IMG/VR virus record: IMGVR_UViG_3300008516_000951
Span: 3,930 to 67,929 of that record
Source of the DNA: a virus
Direction: 5' to 3' (one strand)
Length of the DNA stretch: 64,000 nt
Each line of letters starts with the position of its first letter. Position 1 is the stretch's first letter. Positions 55,357 to 63,958 of the stretch are shown here, piece after piece. A program made the position numbers and the translations under genes. The notes below the pieces were generated by a model. That model made no database searches, was not told the DNA's origin, and saw only the letters and a program-made list of their open reading frames with translations.

Positions 55357-56907
55357 TTAGGAATCTTCTTTTGCCCCAACAAAATCATTCACTGTCGGAG
55401 CAAGCAAAGGCTCCTCTATATACCCATCACGATTAACCACCGGAGCTTGCCCACCATAATTAGGCAAGTTCGTTACCAACTCATCATTATCTTCCTCAGC
55501 CAATACTGCAATTTGTCGAAGCTCTTCCAAATCCTTTTCCATTAACTGCTCTTTGGTAAATGTATTCTTTTCATTAGCAGTAATTTTTTCAATGACATTC
55601 GCCACATCAGCTTCATAAGATTTGATGCCGTTAATAAGCACCCTTTGTATTTTCAGAGGAAACGTCGTAATACATTCTTGTAATGTAGTAGGCTTCTTCT
55701 CCTCAATATTGGTTTCCACTTTGCTTTCAATATCCACTTGTTTGTCTGTCCTTTTTTCCTCTACCTTTTCCTCGGTAGCAGTCTCATCAATTACTACCTT
55801 TTCCTCGGTTTCATTGACGATGGGGACCATCTTTTCCAAGTCGCCCTTATCTATCTTCATTAGTTTCTCACGGTCTTTTTCATCCCAATGAGTAGTCTCG
55901 TTGGTAATAAGACCATCTACAATCACTTTCTTATCCATTTCAATTTCCTTTCTATTAACCATTTCAATTGTTCCACTAAAATTAGCCACAAACGTCCCGT
56001 CTTTCGTACGATACTCTACTACACGAATAACCTCTTGAGGACCATCAGCAAATTCCACACCGCCTTCCTTGATAACATATAATTGCTTAAACAAAGCACC
56101 GTCATTTTCATAAATGAAGAAATCATCATATACACTTTCAACATACGCATCTTCCAACTTGTCTCGCAAAAGGCTGCTCAGCAAGTTACTCGTTTCACCA
56201 AAACTCATATCCACATTCAATCTCAAAAACCCCGCCCCATCCTCTACCGAGCAAGCACCTTTCAAATCTGGCAATAAAGCCAAATGGTCCGGCCTAAAGT
56301 TTCTTGCAATAGCTTGATAAGTTTTACCATTGAATTCCCCCTCTTGACTCTCGTTATCGGTAAATAACCCGGTGGACAATTCCATAATCTTGTTATTCTC
56401 CACCGCTTCCATAATACGGTCATCCACTGCATTCATTCTATTTATTTCCATCCAAGCCTCTGCTTTCAACTTACCATCCTCAAAAGTGGTGTTCATTATC
56501 ACACCAATTTTCCGATTGGTCAGAATATCCGGGTCGCACGCACTTATCGGCTGGCCATTGTATTTGGGATGATAAACAATGACAGGTTTTGCATTCCAAA
56601 CAACCGGAGTTTTAGCCATCTCATCAGCCGGGTACAATATAGGGCCCCCACTGCCATCCAATACCCCTTCCACCATCATAATCATAGGGGCAACCAAATA
56701 ATCTCTACCCTCCATCGAATCGTGTCGAACATTTCCTGTGAAATTAGCTGTGAGTTTCAACATTTGATTCTCCTTATAACCAGATGCCTTAATAGCAGCC
56801 CCCTGCTTTGCCGCCTTAGCCTTAGCACCTTCACCTATATAGCATTTACCACTCTTGCCCCACTTCCATCCTTCCTTACCATCTTTTATACATCTTTGTA
56901 CTGGCAT
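55357..56907 (-). CDS. Prohead protease/scaffold (DUF2213-like)
   Basis: PVIVYHP, ELSTG, PDHLALLP..GACS, acidic C-terminal scaffold region. Confidence 0.85.
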   Translation of the reverse strand: MPVQRCIKDGKEGWKWGKSGKCYIGEGAKAKAAKQGAAIKASGYKENQMLKLTANFTGNVRHDSMEGRDYLVAPMIMMVEGVLDGSGGPILYPADEMAKTPVVWNAKPVIVYHPKYNGQPISACDPDILTNRKIGVIMNTTFEDGKLKAEAWMEINRMNAVDDRIMEAVENNKIMELSTGLFTDNESQEGEFNGKTYQAIARNFRPDHLALLPDLKGACSVEDGAGFLRLNVDMSFGETSNLLSSLLRDKLEDAYVESVYDDFFIYENDGALFKQLYVIKEGGVEFADGPQEVIRVVEYRTKDGTFVANFSGTIEMVNRKEIEMDKKVIVDGLITNETTHWDEKDREKLMKIDKGDLEKMVPIVNETEEKVVIDETATEEKVEEKRTDKQVDIESKVETNIEEKKPTTLQECITTFPLKIQRVLINGIKSYEADVANVIEKITANEKNTFTKEQLMEKDLEELRQIAVLAEEDNDELVTNLPNYGGQAPVVNRDGYIEEPLLAPTVNDFVGAKEDS

Positions 56908-57084
56908 ATATCATATCCTTCATTATTCGATAGAATACGACCAAAGAAAGAAAGTATAAAAGGATTTTTGAAGGTGAATCAGAAATGAATCACAAAACCA
57001 TACAAAATATATATATATGATTTGAGAGAAAGTGCTTGAAATAGGTATATTTATCAGAAATAGGTCTAATTACAAAAGCATCCA

Positions 57085-57147
57085 AATAAAAAAGGCTTAC
57101 CAGCTATAAAAATCAGAAGATGCAAATCAAGAAAGCTGGTAAGCCTT
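57085..57147 (-). terminator. Intrinsic terminator-like hairpin
   Basis: AAGGCTTACCAGCT/AGCTGGTAAGCCTT 14-bp stem with a T-tract on the - strand. Confidence 0.65.
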
Positions 57148-57437
57148 CACTTTGGAGGAGATGTGCCGAAAAAGTTGGGGGCACATCAAGTGCTCGCATT
57201 GAGGAGGAGGAGTAGATGGGGAATAACAAAACACTCAATGGCCCCCGAACCAACCTATTTCTTCAATTGTATGATAGCAGGTTGGGAAGGGGGAAACGCT
57301 GACAAAACCTTCCCAACCAAGAAGACATCCTTGTCTTTACATCCCGGCACGTGAGAACATCAGCAAAGCACATCGCCGGGCGTCCTTGAGTCCCAACGGA
57401 ACACATCAGGAGAATCCCATTTCTCAAGCGTTCCACC

Positions 57438-57470
57438 TATATTATCAAATTAACTCAGTGCTTCCTGCCA
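57438..57470 (-). promoter_or_regulatory. Conserved phage promoter-like motif, copy 3
   Basis: Reverse complement reads TGGCAGGAAGCACTGAGTTAATTTGATAATATA. Confidence 0.7.
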
Positions 57471-57475
57471 AAAAT

Positions 57476-59356
57476 TTATAATAATTCTTTTCCCGCCCAC
57501 ACACTACGCCTTTCTATTTCTCGATAAGAACGTTTGATAGTTTTGGGACCTTCGGACTTTATACTCTTTTTCACGGCTGTTTTACCACGCTTCCCCCACA
57601 ATTGACCTTTCTGTTTCATATTCTTTTCCGCAGGCATCCAACTGCAACGACAATTATGGCTTGCAACATTATTAGCAATATAATATGATTCAGTAGTTTC
57701 TAAATTATAGATATACCCCAAATAATGAAAGGCTTTACAATGAACAATAGAAGCATTCACAAAACGAGTATCATTACAAAGACGTCTTGCAATTTTCTTA
57801 TCCCGTTGTCTATCAAAAAAATTGCAAAACTTTACAAACAAGGAATGTCTGAAAATGCTCTTTCCAAACAATTTAATGTAAGCCGCAGTACTATACGAAA
57901 TCGCCTTTTGTCCACCAATATTCATATCAGAACCCAAAGTGAAGCGGAAACGATAAAATGGGCTAATATGAATCTGATTGCAAGAGCCAATCAAGTTAGA
58001 GCCGCACATAAAGCAAGAATCGGACAACAAGTGTCGTGGACAACCAAATGCAAACGCGCCAAGACTATTGAGAAACATCCGCCTAATAATTCGCCATACG
58101 AAATCAAACTTGCGAAAATGCTGTTGAAAAGAGGGATTAAAACTATTCCCCAAAAAGCAATTGGAGGATATAACTGCGACCTTGCTGCCTATCCCGTCGC
58201 CGTGGAAGTCTTTGCTGGAAAGTGGCATTGGTACGGAAATCACATCGCTATTACTGAGAAACGATTCCGCTATATCCTCAATTCTGGATGGTTTATCTAT
58301 GTCGTTGCAATCAACAATTCTTTCCCTCTCACTGATGCTGTTGCACATCACCTCGCTTCCTATATCCAAAGTATTCGCAGGGACAAACCCATCAGATGTC
58401 AATATCGGGTGGTTTGGGGTGCAAACGAATTTATCACCAAAGGAAGTCTTAAAGACAAACATATCTCCATCATACCACCGTTTACTAACACCCGTGATTC
58501 CACCACCGGGCGTTACAAGCGAATCAGGAGGTAAGCAATTCGGATGTCGAGGAATTAAACCACGTGCCTCCTTAACTGTCATCACCACACCCTCTAAATC
58601 CCCACACAAAGGGCACACCCTATCATCCCCAACCGTACTCCACTCGGCCATTACCGTTATCTCTTTCACACCCAAATGTTCAAACGCATCCAATTGTCCT
58701 TCGGCGTGGGCGTGTATGATTTCAGTGCGGGCCAAGGTTAAAGCCCTGGTGTTAGTAATTTTAGTAACGTTGTTTCTCAACTCTCGTGCTATCTTTCTTG
58801 GACTATAACCCTTAACCAAACCCTCACTTAATATCCGGGACATTTGCTGACTCATCGATGATGTAACACCTTTCAATTCTTCAAACGTACGGGTGCTCAG
58901 TAATTCGATTTTATTCAACAATTCCGGGGCGTCAAATGCAGTCCGTAGAAATTCAGCCTTACCACCCAAGAAAAACTCATCACCTTCCATAGCCAACTCA
59001 GCAGCACGTAAATCAGTGTAAGCCCTCAACCCACCTTTGCGATAAGCTGATTCAACATAAGTGCCTGTCCAAGGTTTTCCTGTTATAGCATCAGTAGTCA
59101 ATATCTTGGCGTCAATTTGTTGCTGGAGCCATTTCTGATATGCCTGGGCCTTTTGGGCAGATGTATTGAAACGCCAAGCCTGCCTCTCCTGCAAAATGGC
59201 CAATTCCTTTCGCTCCTCCAATCCAAAGACATCGTCGGTTACTATCAACGTTTGGATAGCTTTGGATACACTTTTGAATCGGCGTTTCATATCGGCACAG
59301 AATTTACGCCGAAGCAAGGTGGTCCTCGTCGGGTCACGTTTGAGTTGGTTAGGCAT
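57476..59356 (-). CDS. MuF / SPP1 gp7-like head morphogenesis protein, intein-containing
   Basis: DPTRT, RALTLARTE, WSTVGDDRVCPLC, IPRHPN[intein]CRCSW. Confidence 0.92.
   Translation of the reverse strand: MPNQLKRDPTRTTLLRRKFCADMKRRFKSVSKAIQTLIVTDDVFGLEERKELAILQERQAWRFNTSAQKAQAYQKWLQQQIDAKILTTDAITGKPWTGTYVESAYRKGGLRAYTDLRAAELAMEGDEFFLGGKAEFLRTAFDAPELLNKIELLSTRTFEELKGVTSSMSQQMSRILSEGLVKGYSPRKIARELRNNVTKITNTRALTLARTEIIHAHAEGQLDAFEHLGVKEITVMAEWSTVGDDRVCPLCGDLEGVVMTVKEARGLIPRHPNCLPPDSLVTPGGGITGVSKRWYDGDMFVFKTSFGDKFVCTPNHPILTSDGFVPANTLDIGSEVMCNSISERERIVDCNDIDKPSRIEDIAESFLSNSDVISVPMPLSSKDFHGDGIGSKVAVISSNCFLGNSFNPSFQQHFRKFDFVWRIIRRMFLNSLGAFAFGCPRHLLSDSCFMCGSNLIGSCNQIHISPFYRFRFTLGSDMNIGGQKAISYSTAAYIKLFGKSIFRHSLFVKFCNFFDRQRDKKIARRLCNDTRFVNASIVHCKAFHYLGYIYNLETTESYYIANNVASHNCRCSWMPAEKNMKQKGQLWGKRGKTAVKKSIKSEGPKTIKRSYREIERRSVWAGKELL
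57661..57689 (+). promoter_or_regulatory. Sigma70-like promoter inside the intein, antisense to it
   Basis: TTGCAA-17 nt-TATGAT, about 50 nt upstream of RBS GAAAGG (57727-57732) and ATG 57740. Confidence 0.6.
57740..58534 (+). CDS. HTH + DUF559/Vsr-like endonuclease encoded antisense within the intein
   Basis: LYKQGMSENALSKQFNVSRSTIRNRL (HTH), then NSPYEIKLAKML..RGI...Q..IGGYNCDLA...VAVEV..GKWH...GW. Confidence 0.8.
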   Translation: MNNRSIHKTSIITKTSCNFLIPLSIKKIAKLYKQGMSENALSKQFNVSRSTIRNRLLSTNIHIRTQSEAETIKWANMNLIARANQVRAAHKARIGQQVSWTTKCKRAKTIEKHPPNNSPYEIKLAKMLLKRGIKTIPQKAIGGYNCDLAAYPVAVEVFAGKWHWYGNHIAITEKRFRYILNSGWFIYVVAINNSFPLTDAVAHHLASYIQSIRRDKPIRCQYRVVWGANEFITKGSLKDKHISIIPPFTNTRDSTTGRYKRIRR

Positions 59357-59505
59357 TATCCCTTTCTTCCAGTCCCTTTACCCCTACCCCCTCCTTTACC
59401 ACGGCCCGGCCCACCTTTACTACATCCACCAGTATTCCTATTACGGCCCCCACCGCCTGAACGCCCTGTCCCTTTACCTGCACCCTTTTTTACGCCATAA
59501 GCCAT
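59356..59505 (-). CDS. Tiny Gly/Lys/Arg-rich basic peptide (49 aa)
   Basis: RBS AGAAAGGA. MAYGVKKGAGKGTGRSGGGGRNRNTGGCSKGGPGRGKGGGRGKGTGRKG. TAATG overlap with MuF. Confidence 0.7.
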   Translation of the reverse strand: MAYGVKKGAGKGTGRSGGGGRNRNTGGCSKGGPGRGKGGGRGKGTGRKG

Positions 59506-59529
59506 TTTACTGTCCTTTCTAATTAAAAA

Positions 59530-61080
59530 TTATTCTTGCCCTAATACTTCAGCAGCCAACCGGGCAGATTCAGATTTCTTAATTGCATCACTTTTTATAG
59601 CCACGTCACTTTCCCTGGCTTTCAATTCCGCTTCACGTTCTTCATCCTGCTCTTTCTGCAATCTCATAGCAGCCTCCTCTATCTGTTTAGCTTCTTCCAA
59701 TTCCATCCCCAATATCATAGTCAAATACTCCAAAGGCGGAATCAAGGTATCCACACCACCACCCACATATTTAGCCATTGCTTCACTTAGTGTCTTCGCA
59801 ATCTCAGCAGTTTCTTTTTCTCCCGGCACATTCAAATCAGGCCATTCTACAAAATACTCTGCAGGTTCCGGTAATATACCAAACATAATCAGCCTGTCAA
59901 CAAATACACGAATCACCATAGGCGTCAAATATCCCTCTTGTCTTTTCTTAATTCGCATATTCCAACGCTTAGTGTCCTGGTCTGCCGCTAATCGGGATTC
60001 CTCTGTCCCTACAAACACACGATATGGCGCACCCAAACTCACAGCAATATATTTCATCTGGGCCTCTATATGACCTTTGGGGTCTGCTACCTGTGGGGAA
60101 AGACTTTTAGCAGTAACACCGGATATAGCTATATATCTTTCAAGCCCATTTGCATAATTTTGAAACGTTTCTCGCAAGCTGTCTGCATCAAGAGTTGCAC
60201 CTTCATTACCGGGAGTCACTTCAAACGAATATCCTGGAAACGCCCCTTTCCAAAACATCTCACCACTACCACTTACCACCTTACGAACATCCAACAATCT
60301 ATTATATACGTGCTGCATTCTCGGAGTGCCATATATCTCAGAGGTATCCCTATTGTCGGCAACGTGAATCAGTCGAGTCCAATGCACCGTTTTCGTTTGG
60401 GAAATTGTTTCAGTCGAAGCCAAATCCTCAAACACAATATTATAAGTTTCAGGATAGCCATATCGAGGCGAATGTATGTCATTCACAACTCGTCTAATCG
60501 TTATATTACTTTCATCAAAAACTCTAACATACAACAATTTATGAGTGGCGTCGCCTACCTTTTCACCCGTACTCACATCAATTCCTTCTACAGGCTCTAT
60601 CAATTCCTTCCCATCATCCAATCCTAATAATATCACACCAAAACTCCCTATACCACTAAGCACATCCACCCTCTGTAAAAAATGGTATATGTTCATATCT
60701 TTGTTTAACTGTTGCCACATCTTTTCAAACTCTGTTTCCGACGGGTCTTCTGTCTCGTAAATCTTAGGCAATTTAGCCCAACTTTCATCCGGCATCAAAC
60801 TAACTACCTTTGTACCCAACCCCTCTCTATCATACATTGCCTTGTAATCATTTATCGTAATCGAATCAGGATACCCACAGGCATAGTTAATATCCTTACC
60901 CGGATTCAATAATCTCTGCAATACCTCTCGCCGAAATGTTGAAGCATTTAACCTCATTATAGATTCTGCCTGCTGCATCTGAAATGCGACCCGCTTTTCT
61001 TCATTTGAAACATATTTATTTCCCTCTTGAATTTTCTCAAATTTGGCTTTCTGTCTTTCCTGTGTAGTTTCATTAGCCAT
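59530..61080 (-). CDS. Portal protein (DUF1073-like)
   Basis: CGYP, SPRYGYPETY, VHWTRLIH. Lies between terminase and MuF. Confidence 0.88.
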   Translation of the reverse strand: MANETTQERQKAKFEKIQEGNKYVSNEEKRVAFQMQQAESIMRLNASTFRREVLQRLLNPGKDINYACGYPDSITINDYKAMYDREGLGTKVVSLMPDESWAKLPKIYETEDPSETEFEKMWQQLNKDMNIYHFLQRVDVLSGIGSFGVILLGLDDGKELIEPVEGIDVSTGEKVGDATHKLLYVRVFDESNITIRRVVNDIHSPRYGYPETYNIVFEDLASTETISQTKTVHWTRLIHVADNRDTSEIYGTPRMQHVYNRLLDVRKVVSGSGEMFWKGAFPGYSFEVTPGNEGATLDADSLRETFQNYANGLERYIAISGVTAKSLSPQVADPKGHIEAQMKYIAVSLGAPYRVFVGTEESRLAADQDTKRWNMRIKKRQEGYLTPMVIRVFVDRLIMFGILPEPAEYFVEWPDLNVPGEKETAEIAKTLSEAMAKYVGGGVDTLIPPLEYLTMILGMELEEAKQIEEAAMRLQKEQDEEREAELKARESDVAIKSDAIKKSESARLAAEVLGQE

Positions 61081-61081
61081 A

Positions 61082-62599
61082 TTATTTTCCTTTCTTTCTG
61101 ACAGGGAAAAATCCACCTACTATCCTCTTTCTTTCGGACAACCTGTTAAAAGCACCCGAAGCAGCATCCACCTGGTCTTTATATTTAGAGAATGGAAAGA
61201 ACCTAAGCTCCTCCAAAAAAGCATTATTCCATTCCGCTTGAATCATACTCACATTACCGGCATTCACCTGGACGCTGAAAGGGTCTGCTCTCAATATCTT
61301 AGAGCCGGTTGAACCGGATGGCTTATCAATAAACACACTCCAACCAGCTAAACTTTTGATTGTGTTTTCTGCCGATTCCTTACCACCCGAACCTGGCTCC
61401 TGCTCAATCCCTATAATCACTTTGTAACCATCCACCATAGCAGTTTGTTTGATTATCTGTTCTCTTATTTCGCTACTCCATCGACCTCTCACTATATCCA
61501 AAATCCAATATCTCCCATCCCGATGTTTCTTCATCAACAAACCCACACTATAAGCACCCCCATCAGCAGTACCGGCCTTGTCCCAAAATCTCACTTCTCC
61601 CAACCATTTATTAATAGGCGTATCTATCACAATTCTTTCAACTTTAATCATTCCACCGCCAAGTGGCACAGGGTCTTGCAAAAATTGACCTGCATAGAAA
61701 AAATCACCACCTGTTTTCTTTTCATTAATTACACTCCATCCCAAACGTATCGGGTCCATCAGATTATCTTTGTAATAACGGCGTAATTTACGTGGTCTGA
61801 TTTTAGGTGTTTTTTCTGCCGGTAGGCAAATATGCCTCAATCTCAAAGGTGCTTCCTTTTCACCGTTATCAATTGCAATTTGCTGGGCGTATTTTATCCT
61901 CTCAATCATATTATTAGTGGGGTCGTCCTGATGTAATCTCTGCATAATCAAAATTGTAGGTGTTTTAGCCTGGTCAACTTTTCTTTGTGAGAGAGTTCCG
62001 GTCATCCAGTCGTTTGTCGCTTTCAATTCTACTTCGCTCACGGCGCGATTCGGGTCGATTGGGTCATCCACTATAATAAAATGTCCGTGAAAGCCTGTGA
62101 TAGTTCCACCTGTAGATGTGGCGTATCTCCATCCGCCTTTTGTATTCATAAAGAAACTTTTGCCAAATTGGTCTGCTCTCAATTGTATATTGCCGAAGGA
62201 AGCCCTGTATTTATCCGACAATATCACATCTCGATTCTTTCGACTCAAATCCATACTCAATTCTTTGTTATAACTACCACCAATAATCTGGGCCGGAGAC
62301 ATTCTTGTCCATACCCAGGCCGGAAACATTATCGAACAAATTGTACTCTTGGTGGAGCCCGGAGATATATTGATTATCAAATCGTATTCTTTCGGCAAAT
62401 CAAGGAAAACACGCTCAGCAACCTTCTGTAGCTCGTTACAGAGATATTTAATATGCCAATTCCATACCGGAGCTTCCTCGATAATCACGCTCCAAAATTC
62501 CCGCACAAATTCATAGAAACACTCTTTTGTCACGCTCCTGATTAAATCAGTCTCGTCAAAACTAATATCAGACAAAGTATTTACACTATGATTTGTCAT
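61082..62599 (-). CDS. terL: Terminase large subunit
   Basis: WNWH, NISPGSTKS, IIVDDP, IMQRLH, WDKA, EQEPGSGG, KDQVDA. Confidence 0.95.
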   Translation of the reverse strand: MTNHSVNTLSDISFDETDLIRSVTKECFYEFVREFWSVIIEEAPVWNWHIKYLCNELQKVAERVFLDLPKEYDLIINISPGSTKSTICSIMFPAWVWTRMSPAQIIGGSYNKELSMDLSRKNRDVILSDKYRASFGNIQLRADQFGKSFFMNTKGGWRYATSTGGTITGFHGHFIIVDDPIDPNRAVSEVELKATNDWMTGTLSQRKVDQAKTPTILIMQRLHQDDPTNNMIERIKYAQQIAIDNGEKEAPLRLRHICLPAEKTPKIRPRKLRRYYKDNLMDPIRLGWSVINEKKTGGDFFYAGQFLQDPVPLGGGMIKVERIVIDTPINKWLGEVRFWDKAGTADGGAYSVGLLMKKHRDGRYWILDIVRGRWSSEIREQIIKQTAMVDGYKVIIGIEQEPGSGGKESAENTIKSLAGWSVFIDKPSGSTGSKILRADPFSVQVNAGNVSMIQAEWNNAFLEELRFFPFSKYKDQVDAASGAFNRLSERKRIVGGFFPVRKKGK

Positions 62600-63338
62600 T
62601 GGATTTTTTTGCTTTCAAATCCTGCTTTTTCTGTCTCATCGCGGTAAGTATTTTTTTGCGAGTTTCAACAGGCAATTCCAACGAATCCACATTCACTACA
62701 TTAGACATTATTTCACCCTTGAGTTCCATATTGACATCGACCTTATCGTTGTAACCACGGCCTCGATTATAAGTACGATTAGCGAATAAGGTGGCCCCGG
62801 AATCACCGCCTGCAATGAGCTTACATAAATGGTCTTCAAAAAAATTACCCTTATGCCATTCCAACTCATTTATCAGTTCACAGAAATCAGGGTCTTTCTT
62901 CCAGCCCTCGAAAGCCTGCCTGCTGAGATTGACCTTTCGCAGGGCATTAGAGATAGAAAAATTACTGCTTGTCCAGGCATAAATAAATAGTTGCTGCCGT
63001 ACCCTCACTCCCCGCTTTGAGAGTATCGCTTCGATTCGTTCCGTACCGTTTTTAGCACGGTCACATTTGTTAATCTTGTCCCATAATACCCTCACTGAAT
63101 TTGACATACGGCCATACACATAATCCCTAAAACTAAAGACACTGCCATCAGGTTTTTTGTAAGCTTTCCGGCCCATTTCAAGGGCCATTTTGAACACGGG
63201 TTTTTTCTTCTCCCACACAACAAAAGTTGCAAATGAAATGCCTAATGCAGCCGCTATCTTTCTCTCATTTAATCCTGATTTGGCAAGCTCATAAGTCTTT
63301 ATGATTTTATCATTTTTCCAAACTGTTTTTGCCATCAT
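62586..63338 (-). CDS. terS: Terminase small subunit (two HTH-like regions)
   Basis: Directly upstream of TerL. GLNERKIAAALGIS HTH, GDSGATLF...RGY. Confidence 0.75.
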   Translation of the reverse strand: MMAKTVWKNDKIIKTYELAKSGLNERKIAAALGISFATFVVWEKKKPVFKMALEMGRKAYKKPDGSVFSFRDYVYGRMSNSVRVLWDKINKCDRAKNGTERIEAILSKRGVRVRQQLFIYAWTSSNFSISNALRKVNLSRQAFEGWKKDPDFCELINELEWHKGNFFEDHLCKLIAGGDSGATLFANRTYNRGRGYNDKVDVNMELKGEIMSNVVNVDSLELPVETRKKILTAMRQKKQDLKAKKSNDKS

Positions 63339-63544
63339 TTTTTCCCTTCAAATTCACTACTATAAGACAAACAAAACATCATATCCACAACACAAAAAAT
63401 TTGAAATTGCTATAAGGGACAAAATTTATATTGAGAATGGCTATATTTTTGAAAGATTTCTCCCTCAAAAAACGGCGTTTCCAAGCTAAAAACAAGGATT
63501 TTCAAGAAATTTTGAAGAACCAAAAAATTCTTTAGATTTTATAC

Positions 63545-63572
63545 TTGACTTTTATAAGAGAACTTATACAAT
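63545..63572 (+). promoter_or_regulatory. Sigma70-like early promoter with AT-rich upstream region
   Basis: TTGACT-16 nt-TACAAT, divergent from terS. Confidence 0.55.
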
Positions 63573-63659
63573 AGTAATAGATGTTATGGATGTTTGATAA
63601 GTTAATAATAACGGAACCTTGAGGCGGACCGGTAGGGTCGCTCAGGAAAACACCGCTTG

Positions 63660-63699
63660 AGTCTGACCGGGAAAGGTGGGTTCGACTCCCACACAGACT
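63660..63699 (+). ncRNA. tRNA top-half mimic, copy 1
   Basis: AGTCTG/CAGACT stem enclosing GTGGG-TTCGACT-CCCAC T-arm. Confidence 0.55.
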
Positions 63700-63737
63700 T
63701 TTAACTAATCAACCAACCTATTTTGAAAGGATGTATA

Positions 63738-63914
63738 ATGAGTATCAAAAAATTCAACTATCAAGAAAAAATCAGAATCATCAAAGGCTGTTGGAAAGGA
63801 TTCATCGGTAAAGTTGTTGGCTACGATAACCAAGAGTATAAGATAAAGTTTAGTGGACGTGGCCTTGTCACCACCTATGTTTATTTTCGCTCTCACAAAA
63901 TGAGTAAACTTTAA
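63738..63914 (+). CDS. Small KOW-like early protein
   Basis: RBS GAAAGGA. KIRIIKGCWKGFIGKVV. Confidence 0.65.
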   Translation: MSIKKFNYQEKIRIIKGCWKGFIGKVVGYDNQEYKIKFSGRGLVTTYVYFRSHKMSKL

Positions 63915-63920
63915 CACCCG

Positions 63921-63958
63921 GCCCCGCCCGGCCCGCCGGTCCGACTCCGGCACGGGGC
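63921..63958 (+). ncRNA. tRNA top-half mimic, copy 2
   Basis: GCCCCG/CGGGGC stem enclosing GCCGG-TCCGACT-CCGGC. Confidence 0.55.

Larger units (their letters stand above)
57653..58537 (-). mobile_element. Intein (295 aa) in the HPN/CRC motif of MuF
   Basis: Block A CLPPDSLV, block B CTPNHPILT, block F IYNLET...YYIANN, block G SHN followed by Cys+1. Confidence 0.93.

Noticed and set aside
57007-57018. (TA)n microsatellite
   Set aside because: Short run in an AT-rich intergenic region, with no evidence of function.
57163-57354. 63-aa + strand ORF with GGAGG upstream
   Set aside because: No recognisable protein features, runs through hairpins and opposes the local promoter-terminator unit. 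Not fully excluded.
58161-58808. 215-aa + strand ORF overlapping MuF and the intein
   Set aside because: Ser/Leu-rich shadow without motifs or RBS, unlike the 57740 ORF.
60070-60627. Long antisense ORFs in portal and other structural genes
   Set aside because: No domain signal. Typical antisense shadows.
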